64,000 nt of DNA from Lama guanicoe (lineage: Eukaryota), in NCBI GenBank assembly GCA_013239625.1, contig MU053881.1, positions 12,538,879 through 12,602,878 on the forward strand, in the 5' to 3' direction. The notes beneath the pieces were generated by a model. It did not search any database. It saw nothing but the letters and a program-made list of their open reading frames with translations, and had not been told where the DNA came from. This document shows positions 1 to 13,952 of this stretch, one piece after another. How positions within the stretch are numbered: the first letter of the stretch is position 1; the number at the start of each line of letters is the position of its first letter. A program made the translations under genes and the position numbers.

Positions 1-1200
1 AAATTTTCATATGCATTTGGGTTCATTTTTGCACTTCTGTTCTAATCCATTGATTGATTATCTCTTCGTGTACCGCTGCCACGCTGCTTTAGTGATTGTG
101 GCTCCATGATGTTTTCATGCCTCTTTGGGTCAATACCTTTTAATACTCTCATTTTTTTCTCCTCATTACTTTTTCCTGGCTATTCCTGCTTGTTTATTTT
201 TCCATATAAATCTCAGAATTGTGACTACCCTACATGTATAGATTACTTTAAGGAGAAATAACATTTCTATGATGTTTCATCTTCCTGTCTAAGAATATGG
301 TATGCTTTGATTCATTCACCTTTTTAGATTCCCTCAAGCGCATTTAAAACTTTTCTTTATTTAAATCTTGTGAATTTCTTGTGGTGTTTATTCTTAGATA
401 TTTTTTATTTTTATTGGTGCTGATTTTACAGCGTTTATTCCATTATTCTTTCTAAGTGGTTATTTTTTGCAAATATGAAAGTGATTAATTTTTGTGTATT
501 AATTTCACTCCAGCCTACTTATTTCTAGTTTCTTTTTTTAGTAACAGTTTTTAGGTTGAAATCTTGGGGGTTCTTCTGGTATACAATCATATCATCTTCA
601 AACGTTAAACAACTGTACATTTTATGGGCACTTACTAGGATATTCAGAACAATGTTCAGTAATTGAAGTGAGAGAGAACAGCCATTTTTTAAAAATACAT
701 AATTTTCTAATGTTTGATCACTTTTGCATTTTTGGATCCATCCTCAATTGGTTATTATTTTAAATCATTTTACTCTATATTAGTGGTTTCATTTTGCTAA
801 TAATTCTTTTTATCCTTGCAATGAAGCTGGTTTACAGTTTTATTTTCATTATACTCTTATTGGCTTTCATATCAAAATGATTATTGCTTCATAAAATGAA
901 CTGTGAAATTTTTAATCTTTTCCTGTGGTCTGAAGCTGTTTATAACAAAGGATTTATCTGTCCCTTGCAGATTTGGGAAAATGAGTCCCTAAAACATGGG
1001 TGTTTCATTAATTACCTTTTCAATTTCTTGCATGGTAATTAGTCTATTAAAGTTTCTTACTGATTCAAGACTCAATTTTCATAATAGATGCTCTAAGAGA
1101 ACTGTCCATTTTATTTACAGTTGTTCATTTATCAGTAAGAGGCTGTACAGAATATTCTCTGATCATTATTCTGATGATAGAATATCTTCAGTTTTCATCT
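1..1200 (-). mobile_element. Ancient LINE-1 (L1M/L1ME-type) ORF2 relic; resumes at ~1900-2130
   Basis: T-rich antisense L1 ORF2 motifs: ttctgttctaatccattgatt matches the [11 protein letters not shown] region, and ttctaaagaaccagtctttt near 2020 matches the KSWFFEK region. Heavily decayed. Confidence 0.7.
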
Positions 1201-1259
1201 AATTTAACTAATGAATTAACTGCTGTAGGCAATGATTATTCAATGGCTGTTACATCACA

Positions 1260-1897
1260 AAAACAGAGAATCAGATCCTGATGAAAGTACACAGTGTCTC
1301 CTGCGAACGAAGTTCTTTTGTCAAATAATGGAACCTGAATTTTTTGAAACTTCTGGATTGGACTGCCAGTTTCCAGCAAATGAAGAGAACAGAGGAACAT
1401 ATTAAATGACCCTGCAGGATGTAATCAAAAAAATCCAGACTGTGGGCAAACCACAGGACAAAGGACAGTCTCTTCAACAACAGCAAAAAAATTATAGGGA
1501 AGGAGAGAGATGAGAAGAGAAACACACATTAAAAAACAAAACACTTATCAACAAATAACAGTATATAGATCTTATTTGCATTCTGGTTCAAAAAAACTTA
1601 AAAAATTATAAGATGCCTGGGAAATATGAAAGTGGAAATATAAACACTGAAAGTGTAATGATACTGTGGCTGTCTTTGAAAAGAGATGCTACCTTTTAGT
1701 GATACATACTGAATATTTACAGATGAAATCATTTAATGTCTGAGATTTGCTTCAGAATCACCTAGGCTGGGGGGAGTGGATAGGGGACAGAGATGAAACA
1801 CAGTGAGCCATGAGTTAGCATTCACTAAAGCCAGCTTATGGGTACAAGGTTTATTATTCTAATTTTTTCTACTTTTGTACACATTTGAAAATTTCCC
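1260..1897 (+). mobile_element. L1MC4/L1MC5-like 3' UTR fragment inserted into the older L1
   Basis: Typical L1MC 3' end: gatacatactgaatatttacagatgaaat...gtctgagatttgcttc...tctacttttgtacacatttgaaaatttcc. Confidence 0.65.
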
Positions 1898-2549
1898 ACC
1901 CCCCAATATCTTTGTATATCTAGTTATGGTCCCCTTTTCATGACTAACGTTGGTTATTTAAAGTTTTTCTTCTTCATTTTTTCTTGATAAAGCTTTGCGG
2001 AAGTTTGTTTCATTGCACTTTCTAAAGAACCAGTCTTTTTTGTTGTTTCATGTCTCTATCTTTAAAATTTGTTTTATATCCTAATAATTTCTGATTTTTT
2101 CCTGATTAGCCCTATTCTTCCTCTTTCTTCATCTGTATTCTAACCATACCCCTCGATGCTGCCAGGGAGTGGAGTGGGGTTTGAATCGCTTTCCTGAATC
2201 GTTCCTGTCCATAGCACGGAGCACTGGCTCATTCTTTCCCCTAACCGCCTGTGAGGATGAAACTCGTCAAGCCTCACGTACCTGTTTCCCTCAGTCACCT
2301 CTAGAAGATACAGTCTTCCTGAACCTTCATTATCACAGTTTTGTCATCTGTATAACTGCCCTGTGCATGGCAGCCCCTCATTCCTGGCTCCTAGAGCCTC
2401 CCCTGTGTCTGCTGGGACCTGCAGTGCTGATCAGTAAGCTGCCCTGTTTCTCCTCTTGTCTTTGCATCATTTTCTTTTCTTATTGTAATTGAAACATGTC
2501 TTCTATAGGTTCAACCCTCTTAAAAAAGCTGTATTCTTTCTTCCCTCAT

Positions 2550-2950
2550 GCTCCACGTACGTCAAGAGCAGCTGCTGGAGCAGTTACCCTCCTTGTACTT
2601 TCTTGGTTCTTCTAGACCGAGACTCTCTTCTTCTTTACCAAATCTGCTCCTTTTGGAAACACATAATCTGTTTCCCCTTGATGTCTTTACTGCGTCACAT
2701 GGTCTTCCTTGTGGCTTCAACACCTGCTGTCATTCCTGGCAAATCCAGTTGCCACCCTTTGACATCTGACCTCTTCATTCCTGGAACTTAATTATTAATG
2801 ATCTTTTCCTATACTATCCACCAGCCATCTAGTCCCATGAACACATTCAGAACTGCTTAAAAAGTGGCACCTCATATGCAACCTTAAATGTCAGCGTGCA
2901 ACCTCGAAAACAACAACCTGTGTTCTCAATCTGCTTGCCCAAGTACAACT
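2550..2950 (+). mobile_element. Decayed LINE-2 fragment (endonuclease region)
   Basis: C/T-rich; gtcattcctggcaaatccag resembles the L2 VILGDFN region, followed by a PTSATHSHGHTLD-like stretch. Confidence 0.4.
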
Positions 2951-3089
2951 GTTCTGCGGTTTCTCAAGTGCTTTCTCCCAGTATAACAGCTCTTTGACTT
3001 CATCATCACTTCTAACTATTTAAATTTAATCTTATTCTATAGTTCTTGATATTTAGCACGTTTAATTCTAAATTGTCCTTAATCTTGTT

Positions 3090-6000
3090 TTTTTCTAATA
3101 TTTTATTGTGAACATTCAATGATTTTTGAAATAATTTTAGAGTAAAGGCTCATATACCCACCACCAAGATTCTACATTACCATTTTACTCCACCATTTAC
3201 CATGTATCTGTTCATCTACCCATTGCACTATCTGTGCATTAAACCATTATATTCTGTTGGATAAATTTCAAAGTAAATTGCAGACTTCAGTGTATTTTCC
3301 CCTACTTCATAGTGCATATCTTTAATTAGAGTTCAGTATTCATTTATGGGTTTTTTTTGTTGCATTTAAAAATTATGTAGAAATATTGAATAACTATGTT
3401 GTGTACCAGGAACTAATATAGTGTTGTAGGTCAGTTATATTTGAAAAGAAAAACAAACAAGCAAAATCATAGAAAAAGAGATCAGATTTGTGACTACCAG
3501 AGGTGGGGGCAGGATATAGGAAAAGATCATTAATAAAAAGTTCCAGGAATGAAGAAGCCAGATGTTGAAGGGTGGCAACTGGGGGGTTAAGGGGAGGGGG
3601 AATTGGATAAAGGGAGTCAAAAGGTACAAATTTCCAGTTAAATGATAAATAAGTACTGGGTACATAATGTACAATATGATAAATATAATTAACACTGCTA
3701 GACATTATATATGAAAGTTGTTCAAGTAAATTTTAAGAGTTCTCATCACAAGGAAAACTATTTTTTATTCTATATGAGATGATGGATGTTCCCTGAACTT
3801 ATTATGGTAATCATATGTAAGTCCAGTCATTATGCTGCACACATTGAACTTTTTGAGTGCTGTATGTCAATCACATCTCAATAAAACTAGAAGGAAAAAA
3901 TTTTTAATTAAATTATATACAACAAAATGCATAGATCTAAAGTATGCATTTGCTGAGTTTTGACAAATGCGTATCACTGTGTAACCCAAACCCCTATTAA
4001 GATGTAGAACGTTACCAGGGTCCCAGAAAGTTCCCTCCTGTCCTGTCCCACTCAGTCTCTGCCCCTCTCGAGGCAATTGCTGTTCTGATATTTTCCATCA
4101 TAGATTTGTTTTGCATTTTCTAGAATTTGATATGAATCAAATCAAGTAGGTATTCCTGTGTGTAAGATTTCTTTCACACTGTTAAAGGTTTTTGAGCCTC
4201 ATCCATGTTTTTGCATGTTTCAATGAAGTTTTCATGTTTATTGCTGAATAGTATTCAAATGTATGACTGTGCCATGGTTTATTCCAATCTCCTGCTGATG
4301 GACCCAGGGTATTTCCAGTTTTTGCTATTATCTTCTCAGGTGCTAATTGATCTTTTTTAGTATCTTCTTTTGTGAAATGTCTGTTCAAAACTTCTGCTCA
4401 GTTTTTAATTTAATTTTATTCTTGAGTTGGAGGTGCTCTTTACATAATTTGGATAATATTCCTTTGTCTGATATGTTTTGAAAATAATTCTGCATTGGCT
4501 ACTCATTTTCTAAATACTATGAGTGAAATTTTAAAATTTTGGTGAAATTTAGTTTATCAGATTTTGATGCTTATTAGGTTCTATGACTTGCCCAAGAAAC
4601 ATTTGCCTACCTAAAATCATGAAGATATTCTATGTTCTCTCTAAAAGCTCTATGGTTTTAGCTTTTACTTTAGGTCTGTGATCCACTTTGAATTAATTTT
4701 TGAATGTCGTGTTAGATGGGGGTCATGGTTTATTTTTTTCCCAGATGGATAGTCAGTTATTTCAGCACTATTTATTGAAAAGATATTCATTTCTCCATTA
4801 GCTTGTCTTGATGCCTTTGTTAAATATCAGATAACTTTGTAAGTTATGCCAGTACCACCCTAGCTTGATTACTTAACTTTTTATAGTAAGTTTTGAAATT
4901 AGGTAGTCAAAGTTTAATTTTTTTCTTTCTATTTTAAAGTTGCTTTGCTTATTCTAGGTCATTGACTTTCCACAGCTTGTCAATTTGTAGAAAAAAGCCC
5001 TCTGAAATTTTAACAAGGTTGCATTAAACCTACACATCAGTTTGGGGAAATATGACATCTCAACCATATTAAATCTTCCAATTCATGAAATTTTATATAA
5101 TAAAAATACATAATTCTTATTATAAAAAATTTCCTCAGCAATGTTTTGTATTTTTTTAGCCTGCAGATTTTGATGTTACTTTGTTAAAATTATTCTTATT
5201 TTCTAATTACAAGTGTATTTCTGATGCTATTGTAAATGAAATTTTAAAAGTCATTTTAAAAAAATTGCTGAATACTATGTATGTAAAAATGCAAATTACT
5301 TTGTATATTCTTCTTATACTCTGCAAATTTTCCAAATTTGCTTTTTAGTTTAGTAGTTATTTTCTAGCTTCCTTAGAATTTTCTAAATGAGGAATTATGT
5401 CAGCTGCAAATAGAGATAGTTTTCACTTCTTCCTTTCTAATCAGTATGCCTTTTAATTCTTTTACTTGCCTTATTGCTTAGATGGGCTCTCTGTTGAATA
5501 GGAGGAGTGAGAACTGGCATTTTTGTCTTATTCCTTACTTATTGAGAAAGTGCTCACTATTTCACAATTCAGTATAATGTCAGTTATTGGTTGTTTTGTA
5601 GATTCTCTGTATCATATGAAGGAAATTTTTTTCTAGTTGACCAAGAGTGTTAATCATGAGTGGGTGTTATATTGTGCCAAGTGCTTATTCTTCACCTTTT
5701 GAGATTATCATATGGATTTTTGTTTTTAGTTTGAATGTGGCAAATTACATAAACTGATTTTTAAATGTGAAACCAATCCTGCATACCTTGGATAACCCTG
5801 CTTGCAATTGTGCATTATTCTTTTTATGTTTTGCTGAAAACAAGTTTGGGTTTTAAAAAAAATGATGTTTGTATGTATGTTTTTGAGAGATGTTGATTTG
5901 TGCTTTTCTTTTTTTCACATCTTTTATCAGGTTTGCTATTAAGATTGTGACAGCCTCATAAAATAAGTAGTTAAGTTTTTTTATCTTTTTTATTTTATGA

Positions 6001-6250
6001 TAGAGTTGGTGTGAGTTTTTTTTCTCTAAATGTGTGACAGATTGCATCAGTGAAACCATCAAGGCCTAGAGTTTGGGATGATGTTTAATAATGAATTCAA
6101 TTATTTAATAGGGGTATTCATATTTTCTATTTTATCTTGTCTTAGTCACGGTAAGTTGTCATTTTCAGGAAATTTTTTCCTTTTATCTCAGTTATTAAAT
6201 TAGCATAAAATTATTCAGACTATTCTTTCATTATCCAATTAATTATATTT
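3090..6250 (-). mobile_element. Old LINE-1 (L1MC/L1ME-type), 3' UTR plus ORF2, interrupted at ~3390-3900
   Basis: Antisense 3' UTR (aaaatgcatagatctaaagt...ccagaaagttccctc) continues into ORF2. ORF 4182-4388 (MNRHFTKED...EYYSAI...TWMRL) resembles the ORF2 C-terminus. Confidence 0.8.
3391..3900 (+). mobile_element. Laurasiatherian L1 3' UTR (L1MA9-derived type) with A tail
   Basis: gagatcagatttgtgactaccagagg, a G-rich tract, aaggtacaaatttccagtta, then tgtcaatcacatctcaataaaactagaaggaaaaaa. Confidence 0.75.
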
Positions 6251-6334
6251 TTAATGTTCATTTTTATACAGAATTTTAAAAAATTATAACAGGACAGTTA
6301 TTTTTTTTTGCTGTACTTTTAAGTTTATTTTTTG

Positions 6335-7050
6335 GTTAAATAAACCTTTAATTTTAGAATAGTTTTAGATTTACAGAAAAGTTGCAAAGATATTGTAGAG
6401 AGTTCCCATATACCTCTCACCCAGCTTTTCCTATTACTTGCATCTTATATCACTGTTGTACATTTGCTCCACGAAGGAACTAATATCAGTTCATTACTAT
6501 TAACGAATCTCCATACCTTGTTCAAATTTTAACAGTTTTTCAATGCTATCCTCCAGAATCATCCAGAATACCGCATTACATGTCTCCTTAACCTTCCCTG
6601 GTCTATGATAGTTTCTCAGAATTTCTGTTCTTGATTTTTTGTTTTTGTTCTTGTTTTTGATGACCTTAACAGTTTTGAGATCAAGCTTTTTTTTTATAGA
6701 ATATCTCTCATGTTGGGTTTCTTTGAAGTTTCTTCTCATGATTCGTATATGGTTATGGAAGGAAGATCACAGGGGTGAAACGCCATTCTCATTACATCAT
6801 ATCAAGAGAATATACCATCAGCATAACTTAGCACTGGTGCCGTTAACCTTGATCACTCGGCCAATGTAGTGCTCGTCAGGATCTCTATGGTAAAGTTACT
6901 TTTTTCATCCTTCCAGACTCTTACTCTTTGGAAGCAAGTCACTAAGCACCGCTCATACTCAGGGTGGAGAGTTAAGCTCCATTTACTTGAGGGGGCTATA
7001 TCTACACAAATTATTTGAAATTTTTCTGTAGAAGAGATCTATCTCTTTTA
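6335..7050 (-). mobile_element. L1MC1-3-type 3' UTR
   Basis: ttttagaatagttttagatttacagaaaagttgcaaagat...gagagttcccatatacc; a paralogous copy lies at 51680-52310. Confidence 0.75.
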
Positions 7051-8155
7051 TGGGAGGGTTTTTTTTCCCTTTACTATACTGTAAAAATTTTAAATTTCTA
7101 ATTTTATTATATTGTCATCAAGTAGCATGGCCAGATGGTCCCCAGTCCTCCCCACCGACCTTCCCTTTCTCTGCAATGCAGATTAGAGGTTCAGTTATAT
7201 GGGTGAGCAAACTTTCTCTAATCAGTTTTGTTGGTTGGTATAAACATTGTGGAATTTATGAGAACTTGTTGCCATTTTGTTTCCTTCTTCACATGAGGCT
7301 ACTGGTCAGTAAAATAAAGATAATTTCTCAACGTGTGCCTCTGGTGGGACATTGACACTTCTGAATCCCAATATGGAAGTTAGAAGGCTGCCTGGCAGAC
7401 AGTATCATAATGCCTCTTAGAAAGCGTTATCAGCTGGGGGTGAGCGTTCATGTTTGAAACACTTACTGAGTTTGCCGAGTGACATGACTGTACTGTTTTT
7501 GGTGTAGGTGGAAGCGAGTAATGCTACTTTTGAATCACAGTATAACAATGAAGGCTTTCAAAGAGGAGGAAGTAGAATGGTAGGTGCTATTTTGGCTCTG
7601 AACAAAAATATCCAGTGAACTCTGCCTGCTGCCATCACAAAGGCACCTGGTGAGAAACACCTGCAGTTCCTCTATCCTACTATTAAAGAACTTGATGTCA
7701 GGAAATAAAACCCTTCCAATGACACATTCTGAAATGAGAAGGTACAAAGTCTTACATACTTAGGAAGCTGTAAAGCTTTTGCGATAGTGGCTTATATCAA
7801 CTGTGGTGATAATGGCGTAGATATTTTTAATGACATTAGTCATGAACTCCCTACCACTCTTCAGAATTAAATGGTATTAATATTTTGGTTGACACTCTTT
7901 CAATGTATTTTCCAGGCCTGTACACAGTGTATGTATACTTTTACAATGCTATAATCATAGCCAAACGTATTATTTCAGGACAAATGTCATGAACAGTCCT
8001 TCATATTATTAAAAATTCTTCTACAACATCATTTTCATGGCTCCAGCATTGCAATGAATGAATGCACTGTAATACTGATTCTCAGATTATTAAACTGTCA
8101 CAAATAGAACATCTGGAGAGTCATCTTTGACATATCACTGATTATTTCCTTAGAG

Positions 8156-8395
8156 CAAAGTTTCTCAAAAATGGCACTATTGGCATTTGGGGAACGATGC
8201 TTTTTCTTTCTTTCTTTTTTTTTTTTTATTGTAGGAGACTGTCCTATGCACTTTACGATGTTGGGTCACACCCCTCGCCTCTCTTCACTAGATGCCAGTA
8301 AGACCTCTATTCCCCATTGTGACAACCAAAACTGTCTCCAGACATTGCCAAATATCCCCTGGGCGCCAAAATTTCTCCCCCATTGAAAACCATTG
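8156..8395 (-). mobile_element. MER20 (hAT-Charlie MITE) inside a decayed antisense L1ME fragment (~7850-8460)
   Basis: Matches the MER20 reverse complement (tgtgacaaccaaaactgtctccagacattgccaaatatcccctggg). 8-bp TSD ccttagag (8148-8155) / cctcagag (8396-8403). Confidence 0.9.
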
Positions 8396-8830
8396 CCTCA
8401 GAGTAAGTTCTTTGAAGAATTTGTCACATAAATGATATGCACAATTTAAAGTTTAAAAACAATTTATGTGGGTTTTATTTTCAGTTTGAAGAAAGTAATA
8501 TGAGGATATAAAGAGATAACTTGAAAATTTGTGAACAAATATTTCTCCTGAACCTCTCCTACCAAGGTTCTTAGAGTTCTCTGTGCGCTGGGTTAAATAG
8601 ACTGGGATCCTCCTCCACTTCAGCTACAGGAAAATCCTTCCGCGTAGCAGTAGAGCCATACAGTGCGAAGACAGTGGTAGGAGAAGGCGCAGCTCCCAAA
8701 CTGCCTCTCAGCTTTTTGACTTTTGTGACCTCACAGGCTATAACTGCACTTACACGTTTTTGACCCCTAATATTCTCCTTTTCCAGGCAGTAAAGAGGAT
8801 TAAGTGTTTAGATAATGGAATCAGTCAAAC

Positions 8831-9473
8831 TGTTGCAGGTAGATGTATTCGGTGTCCAGGTTCCTGTCTCGTCCCAGAAAGAATTCAGAGACAAGACGTG
8901 GAGGTTAAGAAAGTAAAGCGAGGATTTACTAAGGGGTGGATAGTACACTCTCAAGGGGAGAGGGGGCAGGCTCATGTTACCAACCACCCTGAATTTTTTT
9001 GGTTCCATAGGGTGTAAAAAGGAATGGGCGGAATATTCATTGGGGAGGGGAGGGTTTGGGGTCGTATTCCCTGATTTTCACTCCAACTCCACCTTCCCAA
9101 GGGAGGAGGGATTTTTGTCCTTATTTAGTCTGAATCAGAAGTGTCACGGTGCATGATGGGTACTTCTACTCTGCAAGGCTACTCTTACTGATATGAGGTC
9201 ATAATGAGCAAAAGGTTACATTTGGACACGGGAAATTCCTGCCTTTTCCCACCTTTCTTTGTCAGCCTCCAGGCCACTCATCATCCCCAAAAGGCGTGAC
9301 CACTTATCAGCCCAGAGGTTCCTGCTTTTCTTTCTCTGCCCAGGGACCGCTGATGCCTACCATGATGTATGGTTTCCTGTATTTGGCCTGTGCCCCTCCT
9401 TTCTGCCCCCTCCCTGCCATGTGGCCTGTGTCCCCCTTTCTCTGCTCATATCTGGCTGTCTGCCTGTCTAACA
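8831..9473 (-). mobile_element. ERV1-class solo LTR inserted into a MIR
   Basis: TGTT...AACA termini and a perfect 4-bp TSD AAAC (8827-8830 / 9474-9477). The flanks rejoin as a MIR (~8815-8830 plus 9478-9640). Confidence 0.85.
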
Positions 9474-9844
9474 AAACCAGATCCCAGTATTGCCCTCACC
9501 AGTTTCTAACCGGCTGAACTTGGGCCACTTTCATCCTCAGTTTCTGTACCTGAGAACGACCTACCGTACAGAGTTGTTGGGAAAATTAAATATAAGATGT
9601 TTTAAATCTTGGCACCTAGAAAGCACTCATCAAAAACTGTCCCCCCTTTCAAGTTGAGAGAAGATTATTCATTTTCTCTGTTTAATTCTATACCCCGAGG
9701 CCAGCTGAGGAGGCATTTCAGCAGCAAGAGTTGTCCTGAAACTTTTTCATGGGTACAATAACTCATCTTGTGATAGTTCACAAATGTAAATTTTATAATT
9801 GTGTAGGAGACACCGTGATAGTTGATATTTGAGTTATTTGGAAC

Positions 9845-10067
9845 AGTGTCCCATTGGGTATGTGGGAAGAAAATACTAGAAGCTTGATTTGCTATATACT
9901 TTAAATTTCATCCATTTTAGTTTCTACTTCTGTATTTGCTAATGTTAAAATATACTAGTGCAACGTGATGTATATGACTTATAAATAAATAAAAATATGT
10001 TGAGGATGCTTGTTCAAAATTTCCTTGCTGCTGGGTGTGAGATCTACATTTATTTCAGAGACCATTG
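9845..10067 (+). mobile_element. MER113-like hAT-Charlie MITE
   Basis: ccattgggtatgtgggaagaaaatactagaa...tataaataaat...gagaccattg resembles the MER113A consensus. Confidence 0.6.
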
Positions 10068-10561
10068 ACCTGGCAGGTAGCTCTTTACTGTTTCTGTGAT
10101 TTGGGGTGGAAGAAGGGAGCCATAAATCTCACTGCCTGTCAAAATCCCCACCATCCATGGAGGGTTATTTCAACATCGTTACGCGTGATGTTTCATCATT
10201 CTTTTGGTTTTCAATAACAGTCGAGATATGTTTTAAATGTTCCCACCCCAGTCTTTCTTTCAAGATTGACTGAAGTAGGGAGCAAGATGAAGCGCTTCCC
10301 TATGTCACTGATAGTACCTGGAAGACCGTATTTCCCTCTGGTTTGAAAATGGGAAAATAAAATACAAGATTCTAACTTTCTCTTTGGGATAACCTAAGCT
10401 AGGTATTAGGGGACAGCAGTGTCCAAATTAAACCTTCTCCTTGTCCCTTCCTTCAATTCTCCCTGGAAATAAGGGTATCTAAAAGATAATTGAGACGTAT
10501 CGTAAGATCGGTGGCATGTAAAATGATGTCAGGATTTAGAAGGTGTTGGAAGGGAGTAAGT

Positions 10562-10600
10562 TGTGTGTGTTTGTGTGTGTGTGTGTGTGTGCACGCACAC
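10562..10600. repeat. (TG)n microsatellite
   Basis: Read directly from the sequence. Confidence 0.95.
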
Positions 10601-10739
10601 TTGTGTTTGAATAGGAGAACCAACATTCATAGGTTCCTGGTGTCTGACAGACTCTCTACACTGGACATTTTCACCGTCCATGTTCACCCTCATACAAGCA
10701 AGACAAGGGAGAACAGAATTTCTTGTCCTCCTCACAGTC

Positions 10740-11360
10740 AACATTTTTAACAAGTAAAGAAAAGATAAAGTAGAAAGTTAAGGTTCTGTTTTGTCCTACC
10801 TTGACCCTTCTCCCACTCCACAGACTACCAGTATTTTGTGTATTTTGGGAGTACTTCCAGGAATTTCTATGTATACAGGGAAAAAATATGTATATACCTT
10901 TTTCACAAATAAGAATCATAATGTACAAATGGAAATCATATTATAGATATTGTTACCAAACTGCTTTTCCTCACTCTGCAGTAAAATTAGGATATTTTGC
11001 ATGTCAGTATATATAGATTTACCTCATTCTTTTTAGAGGCTTCATGGCATTTCACTGCATGGATTTACTATAATAAGTTTAGCTACTTTCTTATTCAACA
11101 CTGTAATATTTTCTGCATGTATCTTTGAAGACTTTTCTAGGGATACATTTATATAAATGGAATTACTGGCTCAAAATGTATGCGTGTTTAAAATTTAGAT
11201 CCATTAAGAGTACCTCAATTTATCCACCTACAAATGAGACATTAAAATTTTTATATAGTTTAAATTTTATGGGTGAAAAAGGCATTTAGTTTTTCTCTTA
11301 ATTTTTTCTTTCAAATAATGAGTGATATTGAGCATCTCAAAGATGTCATTTGTACACATT
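10740..11360 (-). mobile_element. Decayed L1ME 3' end
   Basis: atgtcagtatatatagatttacctcattcttttt...aaatggaattactggctcaaaa...gtgatattgagcatc. Confidence 0.6.
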
Positions 11361-13149
11361 ACTGAGGTTAAGGCTCTTTTGTATTGATTACATTGTAAAC
11401 TTTTTCTATACTTAGGGTCACCAGAGAAGCCAGAGTGGAGACTGCGGGGAGTATGGGTTTGAATGAACTTTGGCTGCTCTATCAAGCAAGCTGACTGCTG
11501 AGGAAACATCAGAAGCTTTGCCCGAGTGACTCATCACCCAAATCCAACAGAGGTAATAAAATAACTTGCATTGCACAGCCCTTTGGCTATTTAGTTGGTT
11601 GTGTGAGATCAATGCTGCCCACTGTCTCTCTGGATTTTGCTTTGGGAAAGAGATTTATTGGTTAGACTTCACATTACAATGCAGTCAGGGGCTCTGGGAC
11701 CCGATTCCCAGTATTCAGAGGCATAGGGAAAAATTATTTAACATCTTGGCCTCAGGGAACAATATCTACTTTATGGAGTTGCATCAGGCATCAAATTCTA
11801 TGGGGATATACTGCTGTCCATTGCATTAACTATCTTTCATGTTGTTTCATTATTTTCTGAGGCTTTACTTTGTATTGGATGGTGAAAAGCTTGCGGCTAG
11901 AGATAACCTAGGTGACAGTTTTAAGAGGCTTGTGAAATAAAAGTGTGACAGGCCATGCATGTAGATTATTAGATGTAAAATGTATAACATAGCTTTGTAT
12001 ATGTAGTGTTGCCTGGATTGGACTCATGTGCTATAATTATGGTTTTAAGTTTATGACTGTCTTTTCCATGAAATTCAGATTGACTGGTTTATATTCTCTA
12101 AACATTTCTTGTTTTACTCTTTCATTAGATTCTGCTCTTAAAATTCACTGCATGGTCTCCACAGACAAGAAGCTAAGGTTCTGCATTGCTACAGCCTTTC
12201 AGTTAAAAGACAGGGATACACATTTTCCTTCATTTTGCTCTTAGGCTGCCAGCATGTTTCATAGTCTCCCACACACTTTTCCTTTTTCAAAGACATTTTC
12301 AAGTTTAATCATATATTTTTAAAAAGTCAGATAATTTTCAGGTAATAAATTCTGGAATCCTGCAGACTGAAAGAAATACAAAAATTTTTAAAAACCCATG
12401 TAACGAGTCATTTACCATGCCTATCGAAAAATTACAGCTACCCATTAGCAAGTTGCATTATTATAGAATTGCTAATATTACCTACTTTTTAAAAGCATTG
12501 AAATAAACTTGCTTGGAGGTGATGTTATTTACTAAAAAAAAGCAGAATAAGGCATCTATCTCTTTATGTTGGTTTAAAATAGAAGTATATTTTATGGGAC
12601 ATTTTAAAGAGTAATCTTAACAGGAGGGTCTTTTCCTATATAAATGTCTTACAAGTTTGCACTGTGTAATATGGGAGTTTTTCCTGATAATTTCTGGTTT
12701 CAAGAATTATAGCTCTTAGTTAAAATGTACTGATATAAAGGTTTCTTAGCTTTTCTTTTGAAGATACAGTGACAAAAGAAAATCAAACCTTTCATAGTAT
12801 TCTTTGTACTGCATCTAGTCTGCTCAAATGGAATCATCTATTTCAAAAGTTATTGTGAAAGGAAAACTAAAAAAGAATAAATTGCATGTAATTGTGGTGA
12901 AGAATAAACTTTTCCTGATCAGTTAGAAAATAGCAAAGACATACTTGCTTTGTGTGCCTGGATAATCAATGGTGAATAAATAATATTATTACATACAAGG
13001 CAGAATCTTTTAAAAATTTATTAAGTTGTTCTTTACTGAAGGGCATAGGAGCATTGCATAATGTCTGACTCCTGCCAGAGAGAGACTCTGTCACTCGGTA
13101 GAACCATTTTTATAGTCTTTTCATGTACTAAATCAGCATTTTTTGATTA

Positions 13150-13805
13150 ATTTTTAAAATTAAAATATAGTCAGTTTACAGTGTGTCAATTTCTGGTGTA
13201 CAGCATATTTCAGTCATACATATACATATGTATGTTTATTTTCATATTCTTTTTCATTATAGGTTGCTACAAGATATTGAATACAGTTCCCTGTGCTATG
13301 CAAAAGAAACTTGTTGTTTATTTTATATATAGTAGTTAGTATTTGTAAATCTCGAACTCCTGATTTATCCCTTCCTATCCCCTTTCCCCCCTGGTAACCA
13401 TAAGTTTCTTTTCTGTCTGGTGGTCTGTTTCTGTTTTGTAAAAAAGTTTGTTTGTGACTTTTTTTGTTTGTTTTTTAGATTCCACATATGAATGATAACA
13501 TATCATTTTTCTTTCTCTTTCTGGCTTAGTTCACTTAGAATGATAACCTCCAGGTCCATCCATGTTGTTGCAAATGGTGTTATTTTATTCTTTTTTATGG
13601 CTGAGTAGAATTCCTTTGTCTGAATATATCACAGCTTCTTTATCCAGTCATCTGTCAGTGGACATTTAGGTTGTTTCCATGCCTTGGCTATTGTAAATAG
13701 TGCTGCTATGACCATTAGGGTGCATGTATGTTTTTGAATTAGAGTTTCCTCTGGATGTATGCCCAGGAGTGGGATTGCTGGATCATATGATAAGTCTATT
13801 TTTAT
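13150..13805 (-). mobile_element. Cetartiodactyl/camelid L1, 5'-truncated (ORF2 end plus 3' UTR)
   Basis: tatagtcagtttacagtg...tttttagattccacatatg...gtccatccatgttgttgcaaatgg...gggattgctggatcatatg. Confidence 0.9.
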
Positions 13806-13952
13806 TTTTATTTTATTATATTTTTATATTATATTATTATATTTATTTTATATTATTATATATATATTATATAAATATATATTATATATTTATATTATAT
13901 TATTATATTTATTATAATATATATATATATTTGATTATATATATATATATTT
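13800..13952. repeat. Imperfect (TA)n/(TAT)n low-complexity tract
   Basis: About 150 bp, almost purely A/T, at the tail position of the neighbouring L1. Confidence 0.95.

Noticed and set aside
2245..2285. Hammerhead-like string ctgtgaggatgaaactcgtc with a gtgagg/cctcac stem
   Set aside because: It lacks the CUGAUGA core and the three-stem topology. Other CTGATGA hits (1278, 51243) lack a correctly placed GAAA and stem II.
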